Assembly: GCA_965228475.1 (NCBI GenBank)
Contig: OZ245817.1
Coordinates: 3,040,001 to 3,104,000, forward strand
DNA from: Myxococcota bacterium
Lineage (GTDB): Bacteria > Myxococcota_A > UBA9160 > JAFDDA01
Length of the DNA: 64,000 nt
Direction: 5' to 3'
This document shows, one piece after another, positions 19,199 through 30,864 of the stretch. How positions within the stretch are numbered: the stretch's first letter is position 1; the number at the start of each line of letters is the position of its first letter. The notes beneath the pieces are model-generated. The model saw only the letters and a program-made list of their open reading frames with translations. It was not told where the DNA came from and did not search any database. The translations under genes were made by a program, and so were the position numbers.

Positions 19199-20155
19199 GT
19201 GCCCCCCGCCGACGCCGCACCCTGGGTCGCCCTCGCCGGGGGCGTCGGGGCCGCGCGCTTCCTGCGAGGGCTGGTCCGCGCGGTGCCTCCGGCCGAGGTC
19301 ACGGCCATCGTGAACACCGGGGACGACGCGGAGTTCTACGGTGTCCACGTCGCGCCGGACTGCGACATCGTCACCTACACCCTGGCCGGGCGGATCGACC
19401 GCACGCGCGGCTTCGGCCTCGAGGGCGACACCCACATCCTCGTCGACTCCCTCGAGCGCCTCGGCCACGAAGCCTGGTTCCGGCTCGGCGACCGCGACTT
19501 CGCGAACTGCCTGCACCGCACGCTCCGGCTCCGCGACGGCGCCGGGCTCGCCGAGGTCGCCGACGAGCTGCGCCGCCGCTTCCGCGTGGAGACCCGTATC
19601 CTCCCCATGTCCGAGGACCCGTGCCCGACCTACGTCGACCTCGAGGACGGCCGCCGCCTGCACTTCGAGGAGTACCTGATCCGCGAGGGCTCGCCGGACA
19701 GCGTGACCGGCGTGGACCTCACGGCCGCGGAGCGAGCGCGCCCGGCGCCCGGCGTGCTCGACGCCCTTGCCGGCGCCCGCGCCGTGCTGGTCTGCCCGAG
19801 CAACCCGGTGGTCTCGATTGGGCCGATCCTGGCGGTGCCCGGCGTGCTCGATGCCCTGCGCGAACGCCATGCGGCCGGCCGCCCGATCGTCGCCGTCTCG
19901 CCGATCGTCGGCGGGCAGCCCATCAAGGGCCCGGCCGCCCAGCTCCTGCGCGGCGTCGGCTGCGAGGTCTCGGCGCGCGGCGTCGCGCGCCACTACCGCG
20001 AGTGGATCCACGGCATCGTGATCGACGAGCGGGATGCGGAGCAGGCCCCCGAGATCGAAGCGCTCGGTCTCGGCGTGCGGGTCGTCGACACGATCATGCG
20101 CGACGCCGGAGCCGCCGAAGGGGTGGCCCGCGCCGCCCTCGAGCTCTGCGCGTGA
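19199..20155 (+). CDS. cofD: 2-phospho-L-lactate/phosphoenolpyruvate transferase (F420 biosynthesis)
   Basis: LAGGVGAARFLRGL, VNTGDD, WFRLGDRD, PMSED, HFEEY, PSNPVVSIGPIL, VSPIVGGQPIKGPA. Confidence 0.95.
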   Translation: MPPADAAPWVALAGGVGAARFLRGLVRAVPPAEVTAIVNTGDDAEFYGVHVAPDCDIVTYTLAGRIDRTRGFGLEGDTHILVDSLERLGHEAWFRLGDRDFANCLHRTLRLRDGAGLAEVADELRRRFRVETRILPMSEDPCPTYVDLEDGRRLHFEEYLIREGSPDSVTGVDLTAAERARPAPGVLDALAGARAVLVCPSNPVVSIGPILAVPGVLDALRERHAAGRPIVAVSPIVGGQPIKGPAAQLLRGVGCEVSARGVARHYREWIHGIVIDERDAEQAPEIEALGLGVRVVDTIMRDAGAAEGVARAALELCA

Positions 20156-20820
20156 GCGCCGCACCGCCGAGGGCTGGCTTCGATGCCCTGGTCCCCGTGA
20201 AACGGCTCGTCGCCGCGAAGTCACGCCTGCTCCCGGGACCCGACCGCAGCGCCGCCGGGCGGCTCACCCTGGCGATGCTCGAAGACGTGCTCGCCGCGCT
20301 GTTCGCTGCCGAGAGCATCCGGCGCGTGGCCGTGGTCACCCCCGACGAGGAGGTCGCCGCGCGGGCCGAGGAGCTCGGCGCGCTCGCCCTGCTGCGCACG
20401 GACCCGGGCCTGAACCCTTCCCTCGACGCCGGCGCGGCCGAGCTCGCGGGCCCCGAGCAGGACGGCCTGGTCGTCATCCTCGGCGACGTCGCCGGAGCGA
20501 CCGCCGAGGACATCGACGCGGCCTGCGCGGCCTTGGCGGAACTCGAACGCCCCGGGGCCGTCCTCTGCCCGGCGAAGGACGGCGGCACCGCGGCGCTCGC
20601 CCGGGCCCCCCACGACGCCATCGCCGCCCGCTTCGGCGAGGCCAGCGCGGCCCGGCACCGGGCGGCCGCGGCGGAGGCCGGGATCGCCTTCCGGGAACTC
20701 CCCCTGCCCTCCCTCGCCATCGACCTCGACGAGGAGGAAGACGTCCGCGCCTTCCTGCGGACCGACGCGGGCGGCCGCTGCACGCGGCCCCTCCTGCGCG
20801 AGCTCGGCTGGCGCCCGTGA
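20152..20820 (+). CDS. cofC: 2-phospho-L-lactate/PEP guanylyltransferase (F420 biosynthesis)
   Basis: LVPVKRLVAAKSRL, AMLEDV, GLN, DGGTAAL, RFGEASAARH, LAIDLD. Coupled to cofD and cofE by GTGA overlaps. Confidence 0.92.
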   Translation: MSAAPPRAGFDALVPVKRLVAAKSRLLPGPDRSAAGRLTLAMLEDVLAALFAAESIRRVAVVTPDEEVAARAEELGALALLRTDPGLNPSLDAGAAELAGPEQDGLVVILGDVAGATAEDIDAACAALAELERPGAVLCPAKDGGTAALARAPHDAIAARFGEASAARHRAAAAEAGIAFRELPLPSLAIDLDEEEDVRAFLRTDAGGRCTRPLLRELGWRP

Positions 20821-21560
20821 CGGTGGCGCCGATTACGCTCCACCCCCTGCCCGGGATTCCCGAGGTCCGCCCCGGCGACGACCTGGCGGCTCTGCTGCGC
20901 GCCGCCGCCGGGGCGGCCGGCGTGACGCTCGCGGACGGCGCGCTGGTCGTCGCCCAGAAGATCGTTTCGAAGGCCGAGGGCCGCCTCGTCGCGCTCGCGG
21001 ACGTCGAGCCTTCGGAGGAAGCCCGGCGCATCGCCGCCGAGGATGAAAAGGACCCGCGCCACGTCGAGGTCGTCCTGCGCGAGACGCGGCGCATCGTCCG
21101 GCGCGGGCACCGGGTGCTGATCAGCGAGACCCATCATGGCTTCGTCTGCGCGAATGCCGGCGTCGACCTCTCGAACGCCCCGGGCGAGGAGATCGCCGTG
21201 CTGCTGCCCGAGGACCCGGACGCCTCGGCGCGCCGCCTCCACGAGGCGCTCGGCGGCGGCCCGGCCGTCGTCGTCTGCGACACCTTCGGGCGGCCCTGGC
21301 GCGAAGGGCTCGTCGACGTCGCCATCGGTTCGGCGGGCATCGCGCCGATCCAGGACCAGCGCGGCAGCCGCGACCGTGCGGGGCGCGAGCTCCTCGTCAC
21401 CACGATGGCCACGGTCGACCAGCTCGCGGCGGCGGCGGGCCTGCTGATGGAGAAGAGCGCCGGCGTCCCGGCCGTGTGGATCGCGGGCGTTGCCCCGACG
21501 GGCGACGGGTCGGTCCGCGAAGGGATACTGCGCGACGCCGAGACCGACCTCTTCCGCTAG
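20817..21560 (+). CDS. cofE: Coenzyme F420-0:L-glutamate ligase (no nitroreductase domain)
   Basis: PEVRPGDDL, QKIVSKAEG, ANAGVDLSN, DTFGRPWREG, terminal DLFR. Confidence 0.95.
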   Translation: MTVAPITLHPLPGIPEVRPGDDLAALLRAAAGAAGVTLADGALVVAQKIVSKAEGRLVALADVEPSEEARRIAAEDEKDPRHVEVVLRETRRIVRRGHRVLISETHHGFVCANAGVDLSNAPGEEIAVLLPEDPDASARRLHEALGGGPAVVVCDTFGRPWREGLVDVAIGSAGIAPIQDQRGSRDRAGRELLVTTMATVDQLAAAAGLLMEKSAGVPAVWIAGVAPTGDGSVREGILRDAETDLFR

Positions 21561-21569
21561 CGCCCGGCG

Positions 21570-22349
21570 CTAGCCCGCCGAGAGCGAGAGCGGCAGCTCC
21601 AGGAACTCCTCGTAGACGAAGTCGCGGTGCTCGATCAGGATCGGATCGAGCGCCTTCCGGGTCGCCTCGTCCGCGGCCTCGAAGGCGGCGCGCATCAACT
21701 CGGGCATGGGGCAGTGCTCCGGCGGCAGCGGCCGCACGAGCGCCATGAACGTCGCGCTGTAGATGTCGAGGGCGGAGAGCGCCTCGCCGACGTAGAAGCG
21801 GCTCCCGGCCTCGCGCTGGGCCTGCAGGCGTCGCGCCAGGGAGGCGAGGATCGCGACCACCCGCTCTCCGTAGTGCGCGGCCTCCTCGGGCCGGTAGCCG
21901 TACTTCGGGGCGAGGTAGGCGGCGACGCCCTTCGGGAACCCCCCGCGCTCGTTCAAGCCATCGTCGACGCCCTGGTTGCGGCGGCACCAGCCGAGGCCCA
22001 TCTCCCCGCAGATCTCGTGGGACCAGCCGACGACGAGCGCGCGTTCCTCCGCGTCCGCGGGCAGGAGGGCCGGCGCCGGCGCCAGCCGCTCGGCCAGGAG
22101 CAGGATCTCGGCCCAGCCCTTCCGCGGCGCCTCGTCCTCGTACATCGCCACGGGGCCGCTGCGCTCGCCGGTCCACTCGGCCATGGCCGGGTTCGCCTGA
22201 TCGAGGGCCACGGCCTTCCACGGGATGCCCTTCACGTGGAGGATGCCCTTGGCCGCCTCGCCCCAGGGGCTCGGCACCCCGGTCACGACCACCATGCGCA
22301 GCCCGCTCGCGCGCTGCGCCTCTTCCAGCTCGACGTACTCGATCGGCAA
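21570..22349 (-). CDS. GST-like hypothetical protein
   Basis: N-terminal PSPWGEAAK and C-terminal FYVGEALSALDIY resemble the GST N- and C-domains. Confidence 0.6.
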   Translation of the reverse strand: MPIEYVELEEAQRASGLRMVVVTGVPSPWGEAAKGILHVKGIPWKAVALDQANPAMAEWTGERSGPVAMYEDEAPRKGWAEILLLAERLAPAPALLPADAEERALVVGWSHEICGEMGLGWCRRNQGVDDGLNERGGFPKGVAAYLAPKYGYRPEEAAHYGERVVAILASLARRLQAQREAGSRFYVGEALSALDIYSATFMALVRPLPPEHCPMPELMRAAFEAADEATRKALDPILIEHRDFVYEEFLELPLSLSAG

Positions 22350-22394
22350 TGGGAACTCCTGGTTGGTTCGGGCCGGCGTGCTAGCGCTGGCGCC

Positions 22395-22994
22395 CTAATC
22401 GGCGAGCGCCGCGTCCACCGCGCCCCAGATCTCGGCGATGCCGAGGCCCTTGGCCGCGGAGGTCGGGACGACCGCGTCCGCGGGCATGTCGAAGACGCGA
22501 CAGATCTCGCGAAGGCGCTTGTTGCGCTGGTTGGCACTCAGCTTGTCACACTTCGTGACCGCCACGAGTACCGGGATCTCCTGCTCGACGAGCCAGTCGA
22601 CGAGGTCCGTCTCGTCGTCCTTCGGATCGCGGCGCACGTCCTGCAGGAGCACCGCCATCCGCAGCGGCTCCCGCCCGGCGAGGTAGCCCTCGACGAGGCT
22701 CTTCCACTTTTTCCGCTCCCCGAGCGAGACCTTCGCGTAGCCGTAGCCCGGGAGGTCGACGAAGAGCAGCGAACCGCGCTCCCGGCGCGCTTCGAAGAAG
22801 TGGACCAGGCGCGTCTTGCCCGGCGTCGCGCTCGTGCGGGCGAGCTTCTTGCGCGCGACGAGCTTGTTCAGGAGGCTCGACTTGCCGACGTTCGAGCGCC
22901 CGAGGAAGGCGACCTCGGGCAGCCCGTCCTTCGGGAACCCCTCGGGCCCGGCGGCGGTCGCCACGATCTTCGCGTCGAGAACCCGGCCCTTCAT
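22395..22994 (-). CDS. engB: Ribosome biogenesis GTPase YihA/EngB
   Basis: GRSNVGKSSL, TSATPGKT, DLPGYGYA, TKCDKL. Confidence 0.96.
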   Translation of the reverse strand: MKGRVLDAKIVATAAGPEGFPKDGLPEVAFLGRSNVGKSSLLNKLVARKKLARTSATPGKTRLVHFFEARRERGSLLFVDLPGYGYAKVSLGERKKWKSLVEGYLAGREPLRMAVLLQDVRRDPKDDETDLVDWLVEQEIPVLVAVTKCDKLSANQRNKRLREICRVFDMPADAVVPTSAAKGLGIAEIWGAVDAALAD

Positions 22995-23007
22995 CGCCTC
23001 CGCCCCC

Positions 23008-24156
23008 TCATCGGGCTAGGAACTCCTCGAGACGCTCCAGGGCCTCGGCGATCACGGACTCGCTGGCCGCGCAGGAGAAGCGGAGCCAGCCTTCGCCGGC
23101 CTCGCCGAAGTCGATGCCGGGGATCACCGCCACGTGGGCCCCCTCGAGGATCTCGAAGGCGAGCTTGCGCGAATCGGCGCCGAAGCGGCGGGCGTCGGCG
23201 AAGACGTAGAAGGCGCCGGCCGGCTCCGTCGGAACGCCGAAGCCGAGGGCCCGGAGGCCGTCGACGAGCAGCCTGCGGCGCCCGCCGTAGGCTTCGCGCA
23301 TCCGGGCGACGGTGGCGGCGCCGTGCTCGAGCGCCGCGATCCCCGCGCGCTGCACGAAGTGGTTCGCGGAGATGAAGAGACTCTGCTGGAGCACCTGGAG
23401 CGGCCGCAGGGCCGGCTCGGGCACGATGGCGTAGCCGAGCCGGAAGCCCGTCATGGCGTAGCGCTTCGAGAAGCCGTCGAGGACGAAGGCGTCGCCCCCC
23501 GTCGCGAGCGCCGAGGTCACCTGGGCGTCGTCGTAGACCAGGCCGTCGTAGATCTCGTCGGAGATGAGCGGGAGGCCGAGCCCGGCCAGTTCGTGGACGA
23601 CCTCGGGGGGCTGGATCGCGCCGGTCGGGTTGGCCGGCGAGCTCGTGACGATCGCCCGTGTGCGCGGCCCGAGGACCGCGCGGACCTTCGCCGGATCGAG
23701 CCGGTAGCCGTCTTCGGCGACCGTCGGCACGAAGACCGGCGTCCCGCCGCAGAAGCGGATGAAGTTCGGGTAGCAGGCGTAGTGCGGCGTCCCGACGACG
23801 ACCTCGTCCCCCGGGTCCACGAGCAGCGAGAAGACCAGGAGCATCGCGGGCGAGGTGCCGCTCGTGACGATCACCCGGTTCGGGTCGAAGTCGACGCCCG
23901 CTCGGGCGCCCTTGTCCCGGGCGATGGCCTCGCGCAGCTCGGAGAGGCCGCGGCTGTCCGTGTAGCGGGTCTCGCCCGCGGCGATCGCCTCGCCGCAGGC
24001 GGCCTCGACCTCGGGCGGCGGCGGGAAGCCGGGCTCCCCGATCCCGAGGTGCAGCACGCGGGCGCCGCCGCGCTCGAGGGCGAAGGCGCGCTCCATGACC
24101 TCCATGGCGAGGAAGGGCTCGAAGGCCCGGCTGCGAGCGGCGAAGTGGAGCGCCAT
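23008..24156 (-). CDS. Class I/II PLP aminotransferase (aspartate aminotransferase-like)
   Basis: IGEP, SPANPTG, SDEIYDGL, FSKRYAMTGFRLG. Confidence 0.93.
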   Translation of the reverse strand: MALHFAARSRAFEPFLAMEVMERAFALERGGARVLHLGIGEPGFPPPPEVEAACGEAIAAGETRYTDSRGLSELREAIARDKGARAGVDFDPNRVIVTSGTSPAMLLVFSLLVDPGDEVVVGTPHYACYPNFIRFCGGTPVFVPTVAEDGYRLDPAKVRAVLGPRTRAIVTSSPANPTGAIQPPEVVHELAGLGLPLISDEIYDGLVYDDAQVTSALATGGDAFVLDGFSKRYAMTGFRLGYAIVPEPALRPLQVLQQSLFISANHFVQRAGIAALEHGAATVARMREAYGGRRRLLVDGLRALGFGVPTEPAGAFYVFADARRFGADSRKLAFEILEGAHVAVIPGIDFGEAGEGWLRFSCAASESVIAEALERLEEFLAR

Positions 24157-24228
24157 CGAGTCCGGGTAGCCGAGCGCTCCCCGCGGCGCAAGTGCCCCGA
24201 ATCGTTCGGCTTTCCCCCACGGCGCCGT

Positions 24229-24257
24229 TTGACGCTCCGCACCCGACCGATTACCCT
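24229..24257 (+). promoter_or_regulatory. Putative sigma70 promoter for the ccm operon
   Basis: TTGACG-N17-TACCCT, the same hexamers as the iscA promoter. Confidence 0.55.
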
Positions 24258-24290
24258 CCCGGCTCCTCTCGTGCCAACCAAGGGTCCTCG

Positions 24291-24764
24291 ATGTCCAAGG
24301 GAACGCAGATGATTCTCGGCGCGACGGCGATCGCGCTGCTGGTCGCCTGGTACGCCACCGCGAACCTCGGCGGCCTCGCGTCCTTCCGCTACTACGAGAC
24401 GCTCGACGAGTTCATCGCCGCGGGCGCGCCCTCCGAGCCCGCCCGCGTGCACGGCTACGTCGCCGACGGCACGATCGAGCGCGACGTGGCCGGCAAGACG
24501 GTCCGCTTCCGCGTCCAGACCCTGCCGCCCCACGCCGGCGGCCCGGCGAGCGAGACCTTGCCCGTCCTCTTCTCCTCGCTCGACGTCCCGGACCTTTTCC
24601 AGGACGGCGCGGAGGTCGTGGTCGAAGGGCGCATGGACCCCGGCGCCCAGGTCTTCGTCGCGGACCTCGTGCTCGCGAAGTGCCCCTCGAAATTCCAGGC
24701 GGACCCCGATGCCGCCGAAGCCGCAGCGGCTCCGAGCGGCGACGCTCGGCCGACCCCCCTCTAG
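24291..24764 (+). CDS. ccmE: Heme chaperone CcmE, Cys-type variant
   Basis: N-terminal TM, YYET, PDLFQDGAEVVVEG, LAKCPSKF. Confidence 0.92.
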   Translation: MSKGTQMILGATAIALLVAWYATANLGGLASFRYYETLDEFIAAGAPSEPARVHGYVADGTIERDVAGKTVRFRVQTLPPHAGGPASETLPVLFSSLDVPDLFQDGAEVVVEGRMDPGAQVFVADLVLAKCPSKFQADPDAAEAAAAPSGDARPTPL

Positions 24765-24766
24765 CG

Positions 24767-26733
<1,967 letters not shown>

Positions 26734-26734
<1 letters not shown>

Positions 26735-28599
26735 TGCGCCGAGCCCTCCTCACGTCCGCGTTGCTGCTCGGCCTGCTGCACGGGGCCGGGCCGGGCGCTT
26801 TCGCGCAAACGCCGGGGGAACCCGCGGGCGAAAGCGCCGGCGCTCCGCTCGAAGCGCCCGACGTTCCGGCGGGCGAAGCGACCCTGCGCGGCCAGGTCAT
26901 CCACTCGGACCGGACGGACTCCGCGGCGGCCGGAATCGACGTCGTGCTCTACGCCCTCTCGAGCGGCCAGCAGCCCGGCGTGCGCCGCACGACGACCGAC
27001 GCGGAAGGCCGCTTCCGCTTCGAAGGCATCGCCGCCCGGCCCGACGTCGCGTACCTGCTCGGCGCGCGCTACGCCGGCCTGCCCTTTCCGGGCGACCGCA
27101 TCCTCTTCGAAGCGGGCGAGACCGAGCGGGTGGCCGAGATCCGCATCTCGGAGCCGACCGCCGACGCCTCCCAGGTCGAAGTGCTCCAGTCGAGCCTGCG
27201 GGTCGAGTGGCTCGGCGACCGGCTCGCCATCGGCGAAGTGCACCGCCTGAACAACCGGGCGAGCCGGGTCTACCACGTGCCCGAGGGCGAACGGGCCGGG
27301 CGCACGCCGCCCCTGCACGCCGAGCTGCCCGAGGGCGCCACGGGCTTCGCGATGCCCATGGGCCTGGTGCCCGAAGGCGCGCTGCGCGACGGCCGCGACT
27401 TCCGCTTCTGGGGGCCGCTCTACCCCGGCCAGCAGGAGATCTCCTTCCGCTACGAGCTGCCGATCGAGTCCGGCCTGGTGGGCCTCGAGAAGCGCTTCCC
27501 CTCGGCGGCGGGGCGGATCCGGGTGTTCGGGCGCGAGGGCGGCCCGCTCGAGGGCGCCGAAGGGCTCGAGCCGAAGGATGCCGTCGAGGACGAGGGCCAG
27601 CGCTTCGAGCCCTGGGAGCGCGAGAACGCACCGGCGGGCTTCGCGACGATCCTGCGCCTGCGCGTGCCGGAGTCGACCGCGGACCGCGAGGCGGTCGCGC
27701 TGGTCGAAAGCCAGATGATCCTCGAGTTCGACGACGTCGCCCTCTCGGTGAAGGAGCAGCACCAGCTCGAGGTCCCGGGAGAGGCCGCCGCACGCGCCAC
27801 CGGGAACGACCCGATCGTGGAGATCGCGCTGCCGGCGGCCGCCGAGGACGTGCGCTTCTCCGGGGACGCCGCGGCCCTCGGCCTCGTGCGCACGGACACG
27901 GGGATCGGCCTGCTCGGCCCCCTCGCGCCGGGCACCCACGCCGTCGGCCTCGCGTACACGCTCCGCAACGACGCGGGCAGCGTCGCCTTCTCGCGGCGTT
28001 TCGACCGGCGGCTCCCGCTGATGCGCGTGTACGTCGCCGACTCCGGCGTGGCCGTCGAAACGAACCGCCTGCACCGGCGGCGCCCCGTGCGCGACGCCGA
28101 CCGTACCTACCTGCTCTTCGAGGCCTTCGAGGTCGAGGGCGACGAGCTTCTCGAGTTCTCCCTGCGGCCGCTGCCGCCCCGCGCGAAGTCGCGGACGCCG
28201 GCCCTGGCGCTGGCCCTCCTGGCCGGCGTGGCGGGTGCGCTCTTCCTGGCGCGGCCCCTCGGCGCGGCCGTCGGCGCCGAGGACGAAGAAGACGCCGAAG
28301 CGGACGTCACCGCCCGGGAAGAACGCGAAGCGCTCTACGAATCGATCCGGGATCTCGAGCACGATCACGAGACCGGGAAGCTCGAGGAGGCCGACTACGA
28401 GGGGCTGCGGCGCGACCTCCGGGCCCGCGCCGCCGCGCTGCTGGCCCGCGAACGCGCCGCCCAGCCCGTAGCGGACGCCGCAGCCGGCGAGGGCCCGGCG
28501 GCCACCGTGACGTGCCACGCCTGCGGCGCCGAGATCGCCGCGACCGACCGCTTCTGCTCCCACTGCGGCGCAGCCCAGGCGCAGTCCCACTCGGCGTGA
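26734..28599 (+). CDS. Ccm-operon accessory protein: carboxypeptidase-regulatory-like domain, duplicated beta domains, TM, CcmI-N-like helix and zinc ribbon
   Basis: Signal peptide, TTTDAEGRFRF, TM near the C-terminus, EREALYESIRDLEHDHETGKLEEADY, CHAC...FCSHC. Overlaps ccmF and ccmA. Confidence 0.75.
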
Positions 28600-29327
28600 C
28601 CGGCTGGCCCATCGAAGCGCGCGGCCTCGAGAAGCGCTTCGGTCCGGTGCGGGCCCTGCGCGGCCTCGATTGCCGCGTCGAGGCCGGGAGTTCGATCGCC
28701 GTGGTGGGCCCGAACGGCGCCGGCAAGACGACGCTCCTGCGCATGCTGGCGGGGCTCTCCCGCCCGAGCGCCGGCACGCTCGAGGTCGGCCCTCCGGGCA
28801 ACGATCGGCGGCGGGCCCGCGCCGGCATCGGCTACGTCGGCCACGCCACCCTGCTCTACCCGGAGCTCACGGCCCGCGAGAACCTCGCCTTCGCGGCGCG
28901 GCTGCAGGGCATCGCCGAGCCCTTCGCGCGCGCGGACGAGCGGATCACCGAGCACGGCCTCGGGGGCTTCGCGGACCGGCCGGCGGGCACCTACTCCCGC
29001 GGCATGGCCCAGCGCACGGCCATCGCGCGCGCCCTCGTCCACGACCCGGCGCTCGTCCTGCTCGACGAGCCGTTCACCGGGCTCGACCCGGAGGCGAGCG
29101 AGCGGCTCGCCGCGCGTCTGGCGGACCTGCACGGCGCGGCGCGCACGGTGCTCCTCGTCACCCACGACCTCTCGCGCGCGGCCCGCTTCGCCGAGCGCGT
29201 GATCGTGCTCGAGCGCGGACGGATCGCCGTCGACCTGCCGCGCGGCGCGGCGCCACCCGACGTCTTCGAAGCGAACCTTCGCGAGACCCTCGGGTCCCGG
29301 TCGAACGCCCCGGAGCTCCGGCCTTGA
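28596..29327 (+). CDS. ccmA: Heme exporter ATP-binding protein CcmA
   Basis: GPNGAGKTT, YVGH..LLYPELTARENL, YSRGMAQR, LLDEPFTGLD. Confidence 0.92.
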   Translation: MTGWPIEARGLEKRFGPVRALRGLDCRVEAGSSIAVVGPNGAGKTTLLRMLAGLSRPSAGTLEVGPPGNDRRRARAGIGYVGHATLLYPELTARENLAFAARLQGIAEPFARADERITEHGLGGFADRPAGTYSRGMAQRTAIARALVHDPALVLLDEPFTGLDPEASERLAARLADLHGAARTVLLVTHDLSRAARFAERVIVLERGRIAVDLPRGAAPPDVFEANLRETLGSRSNAPELRP

Positions 29328-29980
29328 ACGTACTCCGCGCCGTGCTCTGGAAGGATCTCCTTGCCGAGTGGCGAAGCCGCGACCGCCTGCCCGCCATGCT
29401 GGTCTTCGCCCTGCTGACGGTCCTCGTGCTGCGCTTCTCCCAGCCCCCGGGTGAGGGCGCCGGCGCGGCGCCGGGCCTCCTGTGGGTCGCCTACGTCTTC
29501 GCCGCCGTGCTCGGCATGAACCGCGGCTTCGCCCTCGAACTCGAGAACGAGGCGCTCGCCGGCCTCGCCCTGGCCCCCGTCGACCGCGGCTGGATCTACC
29601 TCGGCAAGTTCCTCGCGAACGTCCTCCTGCTCGGCATCGCCCAGGCGACGACCGCGGTCTTCTTCGCCGTGCTGTTCGACGTCGATCTGCTCGGCGTCGC
29701 GGCGCCCTTCCTCGGCGTGGCCCTGCTCGGCGCCATCGGGCTCTCGGCAGCCGGCACCCTGTTCGCCGGCATCGCCGTCCGCACCCGCTACCGCGAGGTC
29801 ATGCTCCCCCTCCTGCTCTTTCCGCTGCTCGTCCCGCTGCTCGTCGGCGCGGTCCAGGCGACGGCCTCGCTGCTCGAGGGCGAGGGGGTCGACGGCAGCG
29901 CGCTCCAGCTCCTGGCCGTCTACGACGCCGTGTTTCTGATAGCCTCCACCATTCTCTTCGAGTACGTGCTGGACGAATGA
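29324..29980 (+). CDS. ccmB: Heme exporter protein CcmB
   Basis: WKDLLAEWRSR, PGLLW, REVMLPLLLFPL. Confidence 0.92.
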   Translation: MNVLRAVLWKDLLAEWRSRDRLPAMLVFALLTVLVLRFSQPPGEGAGAAPGLLWVAYVFAAVLGMNRGFALELENEALAGLALAPVDRGWIYLGKFLANVLLLGIAQATTAVFFAVLFDVDLLGVAAPFLGVALLGAIGLSAAGTLFAGIAVRTRYREVMLPLLLFPLLVPLLVGAVQATASLLEGEGVDGSALQLLAVYDAVFLIASTILFEYVLDE

Positions 29981-30708
29981 CGCCTTCGACCCCTCCGATC
30001 GACGCCTCCGACAACGCCGTGGAACGGCTCGCCCGCGCCGCACAGCGCCCGACCGGCGTCGTGCTGGCGATGCTCGTCGTGTGGATGAGCTGGGTCGTCT
30101 GGAACGCGCCCGCCGACGTCACCCAGGGCGTCGTCTACAAGATCCTGTTCGTGCACGCGCCGGCCGCCTTCGCCGCCTACCTGGGCTTCATCCTCACCGC
30201 GATCGGCGGCGCGCTCTACCTCTGGAAGAACGACGAGCAGTGGGACCGCCTGGCGGTCGCCGCCGCGGAGGTGGGCGTCCTCTTCTGCACGATCAACATC
30301 GTGACCGGGCCGATCTGGGCCAAGGCGATCTGGGGCAAGCCCTGGGTCTGGGATCCGCGGCTGGTCGTGACCGCGCTGCTGTGGGTGACCTACCTCGCCT
30401 ACACCCTGCTGCGCGGCTTCTCGGAAGAAGGGCCGCGGGCGGCGCGCTTCGCCGCGGTCTACGGCCTGGCCGGCGTGCTGCTGATTCCGCTCAACTATTT
30501 CGCCATCGATCTGTTCCAGGGTCGCGGAATGCACCCGGAGAACCTCGAGCGCGGCAGCCTCGGCGTGGGGATCGGCCTCCCCTTTCTCGCCGGCACCCTC
30601 ACGACGCTCACGGCGTTCCTCTTCCTGCTCTGGCTGCGGCTCGACGTCGGTGGCCTGCGCGCGCGTGCGGACCAGCTCGACCGCGAGCGGTGGGAGGCGG
30701 AGGCGTGA
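29977..30708 (+). CDS. ccmC: Heme exporter protein CcmC
   Basis: QG..YKILFVHAP, TGPIWAKAIWGKPWVWDPRL (WWD motif), MHP. Confidence 0.94.
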   Translation: MTPSTPPIDASDNAVERLARAAQRPTGVVLAMLVVWMSWVVWNAPADVTQGVVYKILFVHAPAAFAAYLGFILTAIGGALYLWKNDEQWDRLAVAAAEVGVLFCTINIVTGPIWAKAIWGKPWVWDPRLVVTALLWVTYLAYTLLRGFSEEGPRAARFAAVYGLAGVLLIPLNYFAIDLFQGRGMHPENLERGSLGVGIGLPFLAGTLTTLTAFLFLLWLRLDVGGLRARADQLDRERWEAEA

Positions 30709-30833
30709 CCTGGGTCGTTGCTGCGTACGCGGTCGCCTTCGGCGGCGCCGCGCTCTACGGATTGCACCTCGTCCGCTCCCGATCGGCGCTCCGTAAGGCC
30801 TTGAGAGACGGGCGGAATCGAGATGGCAGTTGA
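30705..30833 (+). CDS. ccmD: Heme exporter protein CcmD (42 aa)
   Basis: GTGA overlap with ccmC. MTWVVAAYAVAFGGAALYGLHL followed by a basic tail is typical CcmD topology. Confidence 0.75.
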   Translation: MTWVVAAYAVAFGGAALYGLHLVRSRSALRKALRDGRNRDGS

Positions 30834-30859
30834 CAGCCACGGGCGGGGCTCGGTATAAC
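30830..30859 (+). promoter_or_regulatory. Near-consensus sigma70 promoter
   Basis: TTGACA (30830-35)-N18-TATAAC (30854-59), the closest match to consensus I found in the window. Confidence 0.72.
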
Positions 30860-30864
30860 GGCAG

